A stretch of DNA of 64,000 nt from Bacteroidales bacterium. GTDB lineage: Bacteria; Bacteroidota; Bacteroidia; Bacteroidales; VadinHA17. The DNA is taken from positions 24,611 to 88,610 of the forward strand of contig JALHSP010000040.1 in the NCBI GenBank assembly GCA_022865305.1. Direction: 5' to 3'. Positions 26,523 to 35,865 of the stretch are shown one piece after another. Position 1 is the stretch's first letter. Every line of letters begins with the position of its first letter. Under the pieces are notes generated by a model, which saw only the letters and a list, made by a program, of their open reading frames with translations, was not told the DNA's origin and did not search any database. The position numbers and the translations under genes were made by a program.

Positions 26523-29156
26523 TCATAGTTTTTTCAACTCCTTTAACCGCTCCTCAAGCGATTTAATCTTTAGCTCGGTATCGCTTTTCTTCTTTCTTTC
26601 AAGATCAATGATATTTGCAGGAGCATTCCGGACAAAGCGTTCATTATCAAGCTTTTTCGAAACAGAAGCAAGAAAACCCCTGTAATAATCCATATCTTCC
26701 TGAATTTTATCAAGCTCCTCATTAATATTAAGCTTATCACCTAACGGAATGTAGAATTCCGTTGTCTTAACCATAAAAGAAGCAGAACCTTTTTGTTTTT
26801 TATCAACAAATTTTACCTCAGATAAATTACACATTCTGATTATCACAGGCAGCAATTCCTGATCATAATTATCTTTGTGAGATCGGATACGGAGAATAAG
26901 TTGTTCTTTATTTGGAATATTTTTATTTTTCCTGACTGTTCTTATTGCGCTTACTGTTTCCTTCACCACTTCAAACCTCCCAATAAGATCCTTTTTGAAT
27001 TTTTTAGCCTCAGGCATTTTACTTATCATCAGGCTTTCTCCTTCTTTCCGTTCATTTAAAAGCTGCCATATTTCCTCGGTAATGAATGGCATAAACGGAT
27101 GTAATAATTTTAAAAGCTTATCAAAAACAGAGATTGTAGCCTCATAGGTAATTTTATCAACAGGCATTTTATAATCCGGTTTGATTATTTCGAGATACCA
27201 TCCCGAGAATTCATCCCAGAAAAGCTTGTAAACAGCCATCAAAGCTTCAGATATTCTGAATTTTCGGAAATTTGAATCAACATCAATTATTGCTTTTTTA
27301 ATTATCTCATCAATCCATTTTACGGCAACTAACGATGATTCAGGCTGGCCTATCTTATCATCAATTTTCCAGCTTTTAACAAGCCGGAATGCATTCCATA
27401 TCTTGTTTGCAAAGTTTCGTCCCTGTTCCGGAAGTGTGTCATCATATAAAAGGTCATTACCGGCCGGGGAGCATAAAAGCATCCCAATCCTGACACCATC
27501 CGCACCGTATTTATCAATAAGTTCCAGAGGTTCAGGCGAGTTGCCAAGTGACTTTGACATTTTTCTTCGTTGCTGATCGCGGACCAGTCCTGTAAGATAT
27601 ACATTCTCAAAAGGTTTTTCACCCGTATATTCATACCCCGCAATTATCATTCTTGCAACCCAGAAGAAAAGTATTTCAGGTGCGGTAATAAGATCATTTG
27701 TCGGGTAATAGTATTTCAGTTCTATGTTATCCGGATCATTAATACCATTAAACGAAGTAATAGGCCAGAGCCATGAAGAGAACCAAGTATCAAGCACATC
27801 TTCATCCTGCCGGAGATCACTTTCCCTGAGCGATTTGTTGCCACTTTTTTCCCTGGCAAGAATGAGGGCTTTGCTGATGTTTTCAGCAACAACTACTTCA
27901 TTGTTGTCATAATGCCAGGCCGGAATCCTGTGACCCCACCACAATTGACGACTGATACACCAGTCGTGGACATTCTCCATCCAGTGACGGTAAAGGTTTT
28001 TAAACTTTGATGGATGAAGACGAACATTTCCGTTCATAACAGCATCAAGCGCCGGACGTGAAATATCTTTCATTTTCAGAAACCACTGCATGGAGAGTCT
28101 TGGTTCAATGATCGCACGTGTTCTTTCTGAACGTCCAATCTTATTAATGTAGGAAACAACTTTTACAAGGTTTCCTGTCCTCTTCAGCTCTTTCTCAGCA
28201 AGGTCTTTGGCGGCAAACCTGTCAATACCAGTAAACAATCCTGCCCGTGAACTGATTGTTCCGTCATCATTAAAGATATCAATCGAAGGAAGCTTATGTC
28301 TTATTCCTATTTCATAGTCGTTGATATCATGAGCCGGCGTAATCTTCAGACAGCCTGTTCCGAACTCCATATCTACATACTCATCAAAAATAAAAGGGAC
28401 CTCCCTGTTTGCCATAGGAACTATAACCTTCTTGCCCTTAAGATGTTTGTACCTTTCATCATTAGGATTGGCACAGACTGCAGTATCACCAAGAATAGTT
28501 TCAGGTCGTGTTGTTACAACCATCACATAATCATTCCATCCGACGATTTTATAACGGACATAATATAGTTTTGACTGTTCTTCAGTATAGTTAACCTCTT
28601 CATCCGAAACAGCTGTCCTTGCCTGAGGATCCCAATTAACCATCCTGACACCACGGTAAATGAGTCCTTTGTTAAAAAGATCCACAAATACTTTAATAAC
28701 AGAATCATACCTCTTCTCATCCATCGTAAAAAGGGTGCGATCCCAGTCGCAGGAAGCACCAAGACGTTTAAGCTGTTCAAGAATAATACCACCGTGCTTG
28801 TTTGTCCACTCCCAGACATGTTTCAGGAATTCTTCCCTTGAGATATTTCTCTTTTCGATTCCCTCACTCTTCAGTTTTGCCACGACTTTTGCTTCAGTTG
28901 CAATAGAAGCATGGTCGGTGCCCGGTACCCAGCATGCATTTTTACCAATCATCCTGGCCCTGCGTATCAGCACATCCTGGATCGTATTGTTTAGCATATG
29001 ACCCATGTGCAGCACTCCTGTCACATTTGGAGGAGGAATAACAATGGTATATGGTTCTCTCTCATCCGGAGTGCTTTTAAAAAAGCCATGCTTCATCCAG
29101 TAATCGTACCACTTGGCTTCTGCCTTCCCGGGTTCGTATTTCGATGGTATTTCCAT
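26523..29156 (-). CDS. valS: valine--tRNA ligase
   Basis: Class I aaRS with HIGH (GVLHMGH) and KMSKS motifs, an editing domain and a C-terminal coiled coil. Start moved to the ATG at 29156 ([17 protein letters not shown]). The track's TTG at 29195 lies inside the predicted -7 box. Confidence 0.95.
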   Translation of the reverse strand: MEIPSKYEPGKAEAKWYDYWMKHGFFKSTPDEREPYTIVIPPPNVTGVLHMGHMLNNTIQDVLIRRARMIGKNACWVPGTDHASIATEAKVVAKLKSEGIEKRNISREEFLKHVWEWTNKHGGIILEQLKRLGASCDWDRTLFTMDEKRYDSVIKVFVDLFNKGLIYRGVRMVNWDPQARTAVSDEEVNYTEEQSKLYYVRYKIVGWNDYVMVVTTRPETILGDTAVCANPNDERYKHLKGKKVIVPMANREVPFIFDEYVDMEFGTGCLKITPAHDINDYEIGIRHKLPSIDIFNDDGTISSRAGLFTGIDRFAAKDLAEKELKRTGNLVKVVSYINKIGRSERTRAIIEPRLSMQWFLKMKDISRPALDAVMNGNVRLHPSKFKNLYRHWMENVHDWCISRQLWWGHRIPAWHYDNNEVVVAENISKALILAREKSGNKSLRESDLRQDEDVLDTWFSSWLWPITSFNGINDPDNIELKYYYPTNDLITAPEILFFWVARMIIAGYEYTGEKPFENVYLTGLVRDQQRRKMSKSLGNSPEPLELIDKYGADGVRIGMLLCSPAGNDLLYDDTLPEQGRNFANKIWNAFRLVKSWKIDDKIGQPESSLVAVKWIDEIIKKAIIDVDSNFRKFRISEALMAVYKLFWDEFSGWYLEIIKPDYKMPVDKITYEATISVFDKLLKLLHPFMPFITEEIWQLLNERKEGESLMISKMPEAKKFKKDLIGRFEVVKETVSAIRTVRKNKNIPNKEQLILRIRSHKDNYDQELLPVIIRMCNLSEVKFVDKKQKGSASFMVKTTEFYIPLGDKLNINEELDKIQEDMDYYRGFLASVSKKLDNERFVRNAPANIIDLERKKKSDTELKIKSLEERLKELKKL

Positions 29157-29192
29157 TAAGGGCTGATGGTTAGATATCGGGTAATTGAATGG

Positions 29193-29200
29193 CAAAATTA
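29193..29200 (-). promoter_or_regulatory. Bacteroidota-type -7 promoter box upstream of valS
   Basis: Exact TAATTTTG on the minus strand, 36 nt upstream of the ATG at 29156. Confidence 0.45.
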
Positions 29201-29297
29201 AAAAAATTAGTTATATTAGTAGAATTCATATAGAAAATGCCCATCTGTTCAAAGAAATGGGATTGGAGAATCACATTTAAAAGATCTGTCAGGCAAA

Positions 29298-30251
29298 ATG
29301 AAATATCTTAATACTTTTTATTGCCCGCTAACATTCCTGTTAATAATTTTTCTTTTAACAAACTGCACAAAGGAAGATCACGAAAAACTCAGAAAAGAAG
29401 CGTTCATTCTTAAGCTTGTAAATGATATTAATGCCGACTCCCTTAAAAGTGACGTTATATGGCTGCAGAATATGGGAACCCGGTTTGCGTTTACAGATAA
29501 CCGCAGAAGTGTAGCCCAGAAGATAAAGGACAGATTCATTCAGATTGGATTTCCGGATGCTGAGATTGATTCGTTTTTGGTCACCAAAACATACCGCGAT
29601 GTACTCTATGAACAATGGAATTATAATATTATTGCTGTGATCTCAGGGACTCAATATCCTGATTCTCTTTGCATTATAGGAGGACATTATGACAACATTC
29701 TGGGGACAGGAGATCCCTTTACCATTGTTCCCGGGGCTAACGACAATGCCAGCGGAGTAGCTGCTGCACTCGAGATTGCCAGGGTGATGAAAAAAAACAA
29801 CTTTGCCCCTGAAAGCAAAATCATGTTTATTGCTTTTGGAGCTGAAGAATTAGGTTTATGGGGTAGTAAGGATTTTGCTGCCAGTCCTGACGGATTCTCA
29901 CAGAAAATAAGGTTTATGCTTAATAATGATATGATAGCTTACGAACCGGCAGACGACCCTTCCGGGTGGTGTGTCAATATTATTGACTACGATAATTCTC
30001 ATAACCTCAGAGCGGATGCAGAAAAAATGTGCACCAGATACACATTTCTTAATTACAAAAACGATAACACGTCCAGCAGCCGGAGCGACAGTTACCCCTT
30101 TTTCACAAATGGATATAAGGCACTATTCTTCGCCTCAGATAAGGTTGATCAGAATTATCACACCCTGAATGATTTACTCGAAAACTGCAATTTCGATTAT
30201 TGCAGGGAGATTGTCAGGATATCGTGTGCTTTGCTGGCAGATAAAAATTAA
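29298..30251 (+). CDS. M28 family metallopeptidase (aminopeptidase-like) lipoprotein
   Basis: 317 aa with lipobox LLTNC. M28 motifs IIGGHYD, PGANDNASGVAA and FGAEELGLWGS. Confidence 0.8.
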   Translation: MKYLNTFYCPLTFLLIIFLLTNCTKEDHEKLRKEAFILKLVNDINADSLKSDVIWLQNMGTRFAFTDNRRSVAQKIKDRFIQIGFPDAEIDSFLVTKTYRDVLYEQWNYNIIAVISGTQYPDSLCIIGGHYDNILGTGDPFTIVPGANDNASGVAAALEIARVMKKNNFAPESKIMFIAFGAEELGLWGSKDFAASPDGFSQKIRFMLNNDMIAYEPADDPSGWCVNIIDYDNSHNLRADAEKMCTRYTFLNYKNDNTSSSRSDSYPFFTNGYKALFFASDKVDQNYHTLNDLLENCNFDYCREIVRISCALLADKN

Positions 30252-30310
30252 ATTCTCTGCTCTGTTACAATTAAAAGACATAAATCATTCTCTTAGTTTC
30301 CTGAATTAGT

Positions 30311-30318
30311 TAATTTTG
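30311..30318 (+). promoter_or_regulatory. Bacteroidota-type -7 promoter box upstream of the aminotransferase gene
   Basis: Exact TAATTTTG, 33 nt upstream of the ATG at 30352. It overlaps the TTG start used by the ORF track, which argues against that start. Confidence 0.45.
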
Positions 30319-30351
30319 CCATCCATAAATCGATATTATAACCTTAACAGG

Positions 30352-31551
30352 ATGCCATCAATATCAGAAAAAGGCAAAGCCATGCCTCCATCACCGATCC
30401 GGAAGCTTGTTCCTTACGCAGAAGAAGCCAAAAGAAAAGGAAGAAAAGTATATCATTTAAATATAGGGCAGCCCGATATTCCGACACCGGAAGTTGCATT
30501 GAATGCAATCCGGAAAATTGATCTTAAAGTCATTGAATACAGCCATTCTGCCGGAAATGAATCTTACCGCCGGAAACTGGCAACCTATTATCACAAAATC
30601 GGAATTAATATCGATCATACAGAGATACTGATTACCACAGGTGGCTCCGAGGCGATACTTTTTGCCCTTAATTCCTGTGTTAATCCCGGTGAAGAAGTGA
30701 TTACCCCCGAACCATTGTATGCCAACTATAACGGATTTGCAATTTCAGCAGGTGTAAAAATTGTCCCTGTGACATCTTATATAAAGGATGATTTTTCACT
30801 TCCGCCAATCAGGGAGATTGAGAAAAAAATCACTTCCAGAACAAAAGGCATAATCATCTGTAATCCCAATAATCCGACAGGATACCTCTATTCAAAAGAG
30901 GAATTATTTCACCTGAGGGATATCGTGAAAAAATATGACCTTTTCCTTTTTGCCGATGAGGCTTATCGCGAGTTCTGTTATGACGGTGCTGAACACTTCT
31001 CTGCCATGAATCTTGAGGGTATTGAGAATAATGTCATATTACTTGATTCTGTATCAAAGCGATACAGCGAGTGCGGAGTTCGTATAGGTGCCCTGATCAC
31101 AAAGAATAAGGAAGTAATTTCTACTGCCCTGAAATTTGCACAGGCGCGCCTTTCGCCTCCCGGACTCGGACAGATTGCCGGTGAGGCATCGATTGATACT
31201 CCTCCTGGATATTTTAAAGAAGTAAACATTGAGTACACTGCCCGCCGTAATTATATGGTTGATGCCCTTAACAAAATACCAGGTGTATATTGTCCGAAAC
31301 CAAAAGGAGCCTTTTATACAGTTGTCAGTCTCCCGGTAGATGATGCCGATAAGTTTGCACAATGGCTTCTCGAAGAATTCGAGTACAAAAACCAGACAGT
31401 GATGATTGCTCCGGCATCGGGATTCTATTCCACACCAGGACTTGGCAGGAATGAGGTCCGTATCGCATATGTCCTGAAGATTGAAGACCTTAAAAATGCC
31501 ATGGAGACGCTCTCAGAAGCACTGAAGGTTTACCCCGGAAGGACTATTTAG
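30352..31551 (+). CDS. pyridoxal-phosphate-dependent aminotransferase (class I, aspartate/aromatic type)
   Basis: About 399 aa. N-terminal PPSPIRKL, then ...LNIGQPD..., and the PLP-lysine context SVSKRYS. Confidence 0.9.
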   Translation: MPSISEKGKAMPPSPIRKLVPYAEEAKRKGRKVYHLNIGQPDIPTPEVALNAIRKIDLKVIEYSHSAGNESYRRKLATYYHKIGINIDHTEILITTGGSEAILFALNSCVNPGEEVITPEPLYANYNGFAISAGVKIVPVTSYIKDDFSLPPIREIEKKITSRTKGIIICNPNNPTGYLYSKEELFHLRDIVKKYDLFLFADEAYREFCYDGAEHFSAMNLEGIENNVILLDSVSKRYSECGVRIGALITKNKEVISTALKFAQARLSPPGLGQIAGEASIDTPPGYFKEVNIEYTARRNYMVDALNKIPGVYCPKPKGAFYTVVSLPVDDADKFAQWLLEEFEYKNQTVMIAPASGFYSTPGLGRNEVRIAYVLKIEDLKNAMETLSEALKVYPGRTI

Positions 31552-31586
31552 TCGTGCTGTCGTGCGGTCTGGCTCACTGTGTTCGC

Positions 31587-31630
31587 TTTGACCCCCCATG
31601 CCCCCTATATAGGGGGGATGGGGGGTCAAA
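31587..31630. repeat. 44-bp near-perfect GC-rich palindrome between convergent genes
   Basis: TTTGACCCCCCATGCCCCCTAT|ATAGGGGGGATGGGGGGTCAAA. 21 of 22 arm positions pair; the single G/G mismatch is at 31600/31617. It shares the CCCCATGCC core with the element at 61377-61396. Confidence 0.8.
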
Positions 31631-31636
31631 CTAAGT

Positions 31637-32800
31637 CTATTTATAAAGCAGGTATTTCTCCCTTATCTTCCCAAACTTCTCAAGCCCTTCAATCCACGTC
31701 GCCCTGATCTCATCAGAGCTCATTCCTTTCTGTATCTGCTCCCTGAGAGTCGGTCCGGCAGCAAGCCTGTCAAAATACGAAGTAAAAAATTTATCCTTTT
31801 CCGGGTAGCTCCTGTATGCATCAATTACCCACCCAAGATTAATTTTCGGAGAGGGCACCAGCTTATCGTATATTGCATTACGCAAATCAATACCATAACA
31901 TTTCACTCCGAGAAGCGGCGGATTTACTGATCCCGGAACACTCTCGGGTGTAAAACTGAATCCGTTGTCAGGAAGCTTCGGAGAGCCATAAACCTGGAAA
32001 GGGAAAGATGTTCCTCTGCCTACCGAAATATTTGTCCCTTCAAAAAAACATAGTGAGGGATAAAGATAAACAGATGTCTGGTTTGGCAGGTTTGGTGACG
32101 GCTTAACCGGTAACTCATAAAAAGTTTTATAAGTGTATTTTTTACACTTAATAACAGTCAAATCACACTTTACTCCATTTTCCAACCATCCTTCCCCGTT
32201 TATCATCTGCGCATATTCACCAACTGTCATTCCATGAACGATCGGTACCGGATGCATAGCAACAAAAGAATGGTATGCTGTATCGGCAATATTCCCGTCG
32301 AAATAAAATCCGTTCGGATTGGGACGGTCGAGAACAATGCATTTCACATTGTTTTCCGCACATGCTTCCATTACATAATGAAGGGTTGAAATATAGGTGT
32401 AAAACCTTACTCCCACATCCTGAATATCAAATATGACGACATCTATTCCGTTCAGATCTTCAGGTGCCGGTTTCCGGCGGGTACCATAAAGACTTTTCAG
32501 AGAAATACCGGTAGCAGGGTCTGTTCCGTCTTTGATTCTTTCACCATCCGATGCCAGTTCCCTGTATCCATGCTCCGGAGCAAAGATCACTTTAATATCA
32601 ATGTTTTTATTTAGAAGATAATCAACAAGATGCGTCTGTCCGACCATTGACGTCTGGTTTGCAACTATTGCAACTGATTTGCCTTCAATTAAATGCTTAT
32701 AGAGTTTTATCTGATTTGCGCCCGGAACAGCAGTTTTTTTAATCCCACTAAATCCTGAGGCGATGACTACAATTATAATTATTGTTAATACCCTTTTCAT
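31637..32800 (-). CDS. DUF1343 family protein (exo-beta-N-acetylmuramidase NamZ-like)
   Basis: 387 aa with a signal peptide. Family-typical segments: VAIVANQTS, IFAPEHGYR, FDIQDVGVRFYTY, VLDRPNPNG, HPVPIVHGMTVGE. Confidence 0.8.
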   Translation of the reverse strand: MKRVLTIIIIVVIASGFSGIKKTAVPGANQIKLYKHLIEGKSVAIVANQTSMVGQTHLVDYLLNKNIDIKVIFAPEHGYRELASDGERIKDGTDPATGISLKSLYGTRRKPAPEDLNGIDVVIFDIQDVGVRFYTYISTLHYVMEACAENNVKCIVLDRPNPNGFYFDGNIADTAYHSFVAMHPVPIVHGMTVGEYAQMINGEGWLENGVKCDLTVIKCKKYTYKTFYELPVKPSPNLPNQTSVYLYPSLCFFEGTNISVGRGTSFPFQVYGSPKLPDNGFSFTPESVPGSVNPPLLGVKCYGIDLRNAIYDKLVPSPKINLGWVIDAYRSYPEKDKFFTSYFDRLAAGPTLREQIQKGMSSDEIRATWIEGLEKFGKIREKYLLYK

Positions 32801-32852
32801 TTGGTTTGATTTTGTACTGTAAAACTAACAAATTTCCTTATCATTTAAATTC

Positions 32853-33026
32853 ATTAACCCATCCTCCGCCTTCCCGCTGTGGCGGGACAGGCTCTTCCCT
32901 TATACCCAAAATCCCCCCAAGCGGGAGGGACATATCTAATTAATATGATGCTATTTGCCCCTTCTCTTTTAGGAGAAGGGGACAGGGGATGAGGTGGGTT
33001 AATCGGAAGAGCTGAGGATGCGTTAA
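32853..33026. repeat. composite GC-rich hairpin element with inverted head motifs
   Basis: Head motif ATTAACCCATCCTCCGCC (32853-32870, + strand) and ATTAACCCACCTCATCCCC (reverse complement of 32985-33003). Perfect stem-loops CCCGC/GCGGG (32873-32886) and CCCCTTCTC/GAGAAGGGG (32958-32981). A third inverted copy, TTAACGCATCCTC, is the reverse complement of 33014-33026. Confidence 0.7.
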
Positions 33027-33060
33027 GAATAATAATATCTGGAGAACCACTGAGTTTTAT

Positions 33061-33068
33061 TAAATTTG
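33061..33068 (+). promoter_or_regulatory. Bacteroidota-type -7 promoter box upstream of the LolC/E-like gene
   Basis: Exact TAAATTTG, 16 nt upstream of the ATG at 33085. Confidence 0.4.
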
Positions 33069-33084
33069 AATCCTCAATACATTT

Positions 33085-34329
33085 ATGAATTTACCATATT
33101 TCATAGCACAGAGGCTCATAAAAGGGAGACGCGAAGGCACATCGTTTTCACGGCCGATAAATGTTATTGCAGTCGTTGGCATTGCCTTAGGGCTTGCAGT
33201 GATGATTCTCGCTGTTTCAATTCTTACAGGGTTTAAAGAACAGATAAGGGAAAAAGTTGTCGGATTCGGATCCAACATTCAGATTGCAAATTATGATTCA
33301 AATTATTCGTTTGAGACAGCTCCCATTAACCAGGGACAGGAATTTATACCCAAAATAAAAAATATACCAGGGATAAAACATGTCCAGGTATATGCCACAA
33401 AAGCAGGCATCATCAAAACAGATGAAGATATCCAGGGAGTGGTGCTTAAAGGTATAGGCAGCGATTTTGACTGGAGTTATTTCAGCAGCAATATCATAAA
33501 TGGTTCTGTTTTTACAGTAAGTGATACCTCACGTACCGATAAAGTGATCATTTCCAAAAAGATCTCCGATATGCTTCGTCTCCGGACAGGTGATTCTTTT
33601 GCCATGCAGTTTGTTCAGGATCCCCCGCGTCAGAGAAGATTCACAATCAGCGGCATTTACGAAACCAGCCTCGAGGAATTTGACAAGATATATGTCTTCT
33701 GCGATATCGGCCATATTAAGAGATTGAACGGATGGACTGATGACCAGATCAGCGGATTTGAAATTTTTATTGATGAGTTTGACAGACTCGACGAAATGAC
33801 TGAGGCTGTCACGGATGCTATTGGTTACCGAGTTGCAGAGGATGAAGACAAATTCAGGGTGACAAACATAAGGAAAAAATATCCGCAAATATTTGACTGG
33901 CTGAATTTCCAGGATCTCAATGTAATTATTATAATATTTCTCATGCTTATCGTGGCTGGCTTCAATATGATCTCAGGTTTGCTGATTCTTATTCTTGAAA
34001 AAACAAATATGATAGGTATACTTAAAGCCCTGGGATCTGAAGATTATACAATCCGGAGAGTATTTCTTTACCAGGCAGCCTATCTGATAAGCAAGGGATT
34101 ATTCTGGGGCAATGTTATTGGTATCGGACTTGCATTTCTCCAGCTGAAAACAGGTCTGGTTACGTTAGATCCGTCATCTTATTACATAAAGACTGTACCT
34201 GTAAATCTTGAACTTTCGCATATTCTCCTGCTTAATTTCGGAACAATGGCTGCAATAATTTTTATGCTTTTAATACCATCACAACTCATAAGCAGGATCA
34301 CTCCGGTGAAAGCAATCCGATACGATTAA
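33085..34329 (+). CDS. ABC transporter permease, LolC/LolE (FtsX/MacB_PCD) family
   Basis: 414 aa. The N-terminus MNLPYFIAQRLIKG...FSRPI is typical of lipoprotein-releasing-system-like permeases. There are four TM helices and a large periplasmic loop. Confidence 0.85.
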   Translation: MNLPYFIAQRLIKGRREGTSFSRPINVIAVVGIALGLAVMILAVSILTGFKEQIREKVVGFGSNIQIANYDSNYSFETAPINQGQEFIPKIKNIPGIKHVQVYATKAGIIKTDEDIQGVVLKGIGSDFDWSYFSSNIINGSVFTVSDTSRTDKVIISKKISDMLRLRTGDSFAMQFVQDPPRQRRFTISGIYETSLEEFDKIYVFCDIGHIKRLNGWTDDQISGFEIFIDEFDRLDEMTEAVTDAIGYRVAEDEDKFRVTNIRKKYPQIFDWLNFQDLNVIIIIFLMLIVAGFNMISGLLILILEKTNMIGILKALGSEDYTIRRVFLYQAAYLISKGLFWGNVIGIGLAFLQLKTGLVTLDPSSYYIKTVPVNLELSHILLLNFGTMAAIIFMLLIPSQLISRITPVKAIRYD

Positions 34330-34351
34330 GAAAACCTGATGGGGTATTGAT

Positions 34352-35806
34352 TTAATTTTCCGCAGTTTGGCTTATTTGCCGGCCGGACTTTGCAGGGATA
34401 ATGTTTTTATAGCGTTCAAAACGTTCAAGAATCTCATCGACAAATGCAACCGATTCTGTCCCCCTGAAATAACCATTTTTTACATCCTCATCATTGTAAT
34501 ATTGAGGTTCAGACTTTTTTAACATCCAGATGGCGACATTATCCTCCCATTTCTGAGGATCTTTACCGTTCTTCTCTGCCAGTTTCATTGCATCCAGAAC
34601 ATGACCCGGACCGGCATTATATGATGCCAGAATAAATTTCAACCTTTCATGCTCATCGGGGATTTTTGGATCAAAAATTGAATGAAGCCAGTTTATGTAA
34701 CTTGTTCCTGCCCTTATGTTATTTCCCGGTGAAGAAGTTATATCTACACCGAAATACTTACCTGTCTCCGGCATTATCTGCATTAACCCGAATGCTCCTG
34801 CCCACGATACAACGTTTGGTTTGAAACGTGACTCCTGGTAAATAAGTGACGCAAGCAGACGCCAGTCCCAGCTGATACTGTCGCTGTATCCTTTTATCAT
34901 ATCATCCCACGGGGATACTTTTCCGGTATTCAAAGTATAATAGTCGCTTTTAACAATGATATTGGACCGTGAATTTTTAAAATACTTTGCATACAATATT
35001 GCATATGATTCCGTACTCCTGAATGTTCTGATCCACTTGTTCAATTCCTGTAAAAGCTTATCCGAGTTGTAGCTTCTCAAACCCCATGCAAGATTCTGAT
35101 TAAAACTTATTGGTGTATTAACATCAATATCAGGATAGTAAGTTGCATTAACCCTTGCAATATTTTCGTCACATACCGCATAATCAATCTCCCTGTCAAC
35201 AACCAGCTTAATAAGCTGTTCAGACTCATAAGGAATCTCAATTATTGTAATTGAATCACCAATCTCTGCTGCAAGAGAATGAAGCCTCTCAACATGAGAT
35301 GATCCTTTTCGGACATAGACACTCTTTTTTGCCAGGTCAAGCTGATTCCTTATGATGCTTTTTTCAATTTCAGTGTAGGTTAATGACCGCCAATAACGTG
35401 GTTTTCTTTGTACAAGAACCTGCCTGGTTTCAGCAATTGGATCAGTGAAGAGCATATCTTTTTTTCTTGATGCATTGACTGTAAGCCCTATAGCAAGGAG
35501 ATCAGCATCTCCCTCATTCAGCAAATTAAATGCACGGTCAAGGTTATTTTCCGTAATTATTTCAAGATCAATACCTATATGATCGGAGAATGACTTTAGC
35601 AATTCATAATTGAATCCCATCGGCTCCCCTTTGTAAATAAAATAATTTACTGAATTATAGTCTGTTACAGCAATAAGCTTATCTCTCTTCCTGATAGAAT
35701 CAAGGTCGAAGGATACAGAATTGCTCTTTTTGGAGGAGTGATAGTCAGAACAGGCAGTTAAAACCGAAGCCAGAATTGTTAATAGAATAATTGACTTTTT
35801 TACCAA
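34352..35806 (-). CDS. MltF-like lytic murein transglycosylase (solute-binding-protein family 3 domain + SLT domain) lipoprotein
   Basis: 484 aa with lipobox VLTACS. The SLT catalytic region reads ASLIYQESRFKPNVVSWAGAFGLMQIMPETG...AYNAGPGHV. The start codon is TTG at 35806; there is no in-frame ATG nearby. Confidence 0.85.
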   Translation of the reverse strand: MVKKSIILLTILASVLTACSDYHSSKKSNSVSFDLDSIRKRDKLIAVTDYNSVNYFIYKGEPMGFNYELLKSFSDHIGIDLEIITENNLDRAFNLLNEGDADLLAIGLTVNASRKKDMLFTDPIAETRQVLVQRKPRYWRSLTYTEIEKSIIRNQLDLAKKSVYVRKGSSHVERLHSLAAEIGDSITIIEIPYESEQLIKLVVDREIDYAVCDENIARVNATYYPDIDVNTPISFNQNLAWGLRSYNSDKLLQELNKWIRTFRSTESYAILYAKYFKNSRSNIIVKSDYYTLNTGKVSPWDDMIKGYSDSISWDWRLLASLIYQESRFKPNVVSWAGAFGLMQIMPETGKYFGVDITSSPGNNIRAGTSYINWLHSIFDPKIPDEHERLKFILASYNAGPGHVLDAMKLAEKNGKDPQKWEDNVAIWMLKKSEPQYYNDEDVKNGYFRGTESVAFVDEILERFERYKNIIPAKSGRQISQTAEN

Positions 35807-35847
35807 AATTGTTGTATTAGTTAAACATTTGCATTAAAAAATGGGTG

Positions 35848-35855
35848 CAAATATA
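35848..35855 (-). promoter_or_regulatory. Bacteroidota-type -7 promoter box upstream of the MltF-like gene
   Basis: Exact TATATTTG on the minus strand, 41 nt upstream of the TTG start at 35806. Confidence 0.45.
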
Positions 35856-35865
35856 CAACAATTTT

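Noticed and set aside
29157-29195. Upstream starts proposed by the ORF track for valS, and similarly for 3939-4016 glmM, 30316-30351 aminotransferase, 40937-40996 ftsA, 44235-44297 murG, 51622-51639 ftsI and 54764-54832
   Set aside because: Three that I checked are TTG codons (valS, the aminotransferase, ftsI); the glmM, ftsA and murG extensions were rejected on the other grounds below. They add residues with no counterpart in the conserved N-termini, create long overlaps with upstream genes, or fall inside predicted promoter boxes.
31587-31630. Calling the 44-bp palindrome a canonical rho-independent terminator
   Set aside because: No U-tract follows the stem on either strand (the T/A runs are part of the stem base). 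It is annotated as a palindromic repeat with only a possible terminator role.
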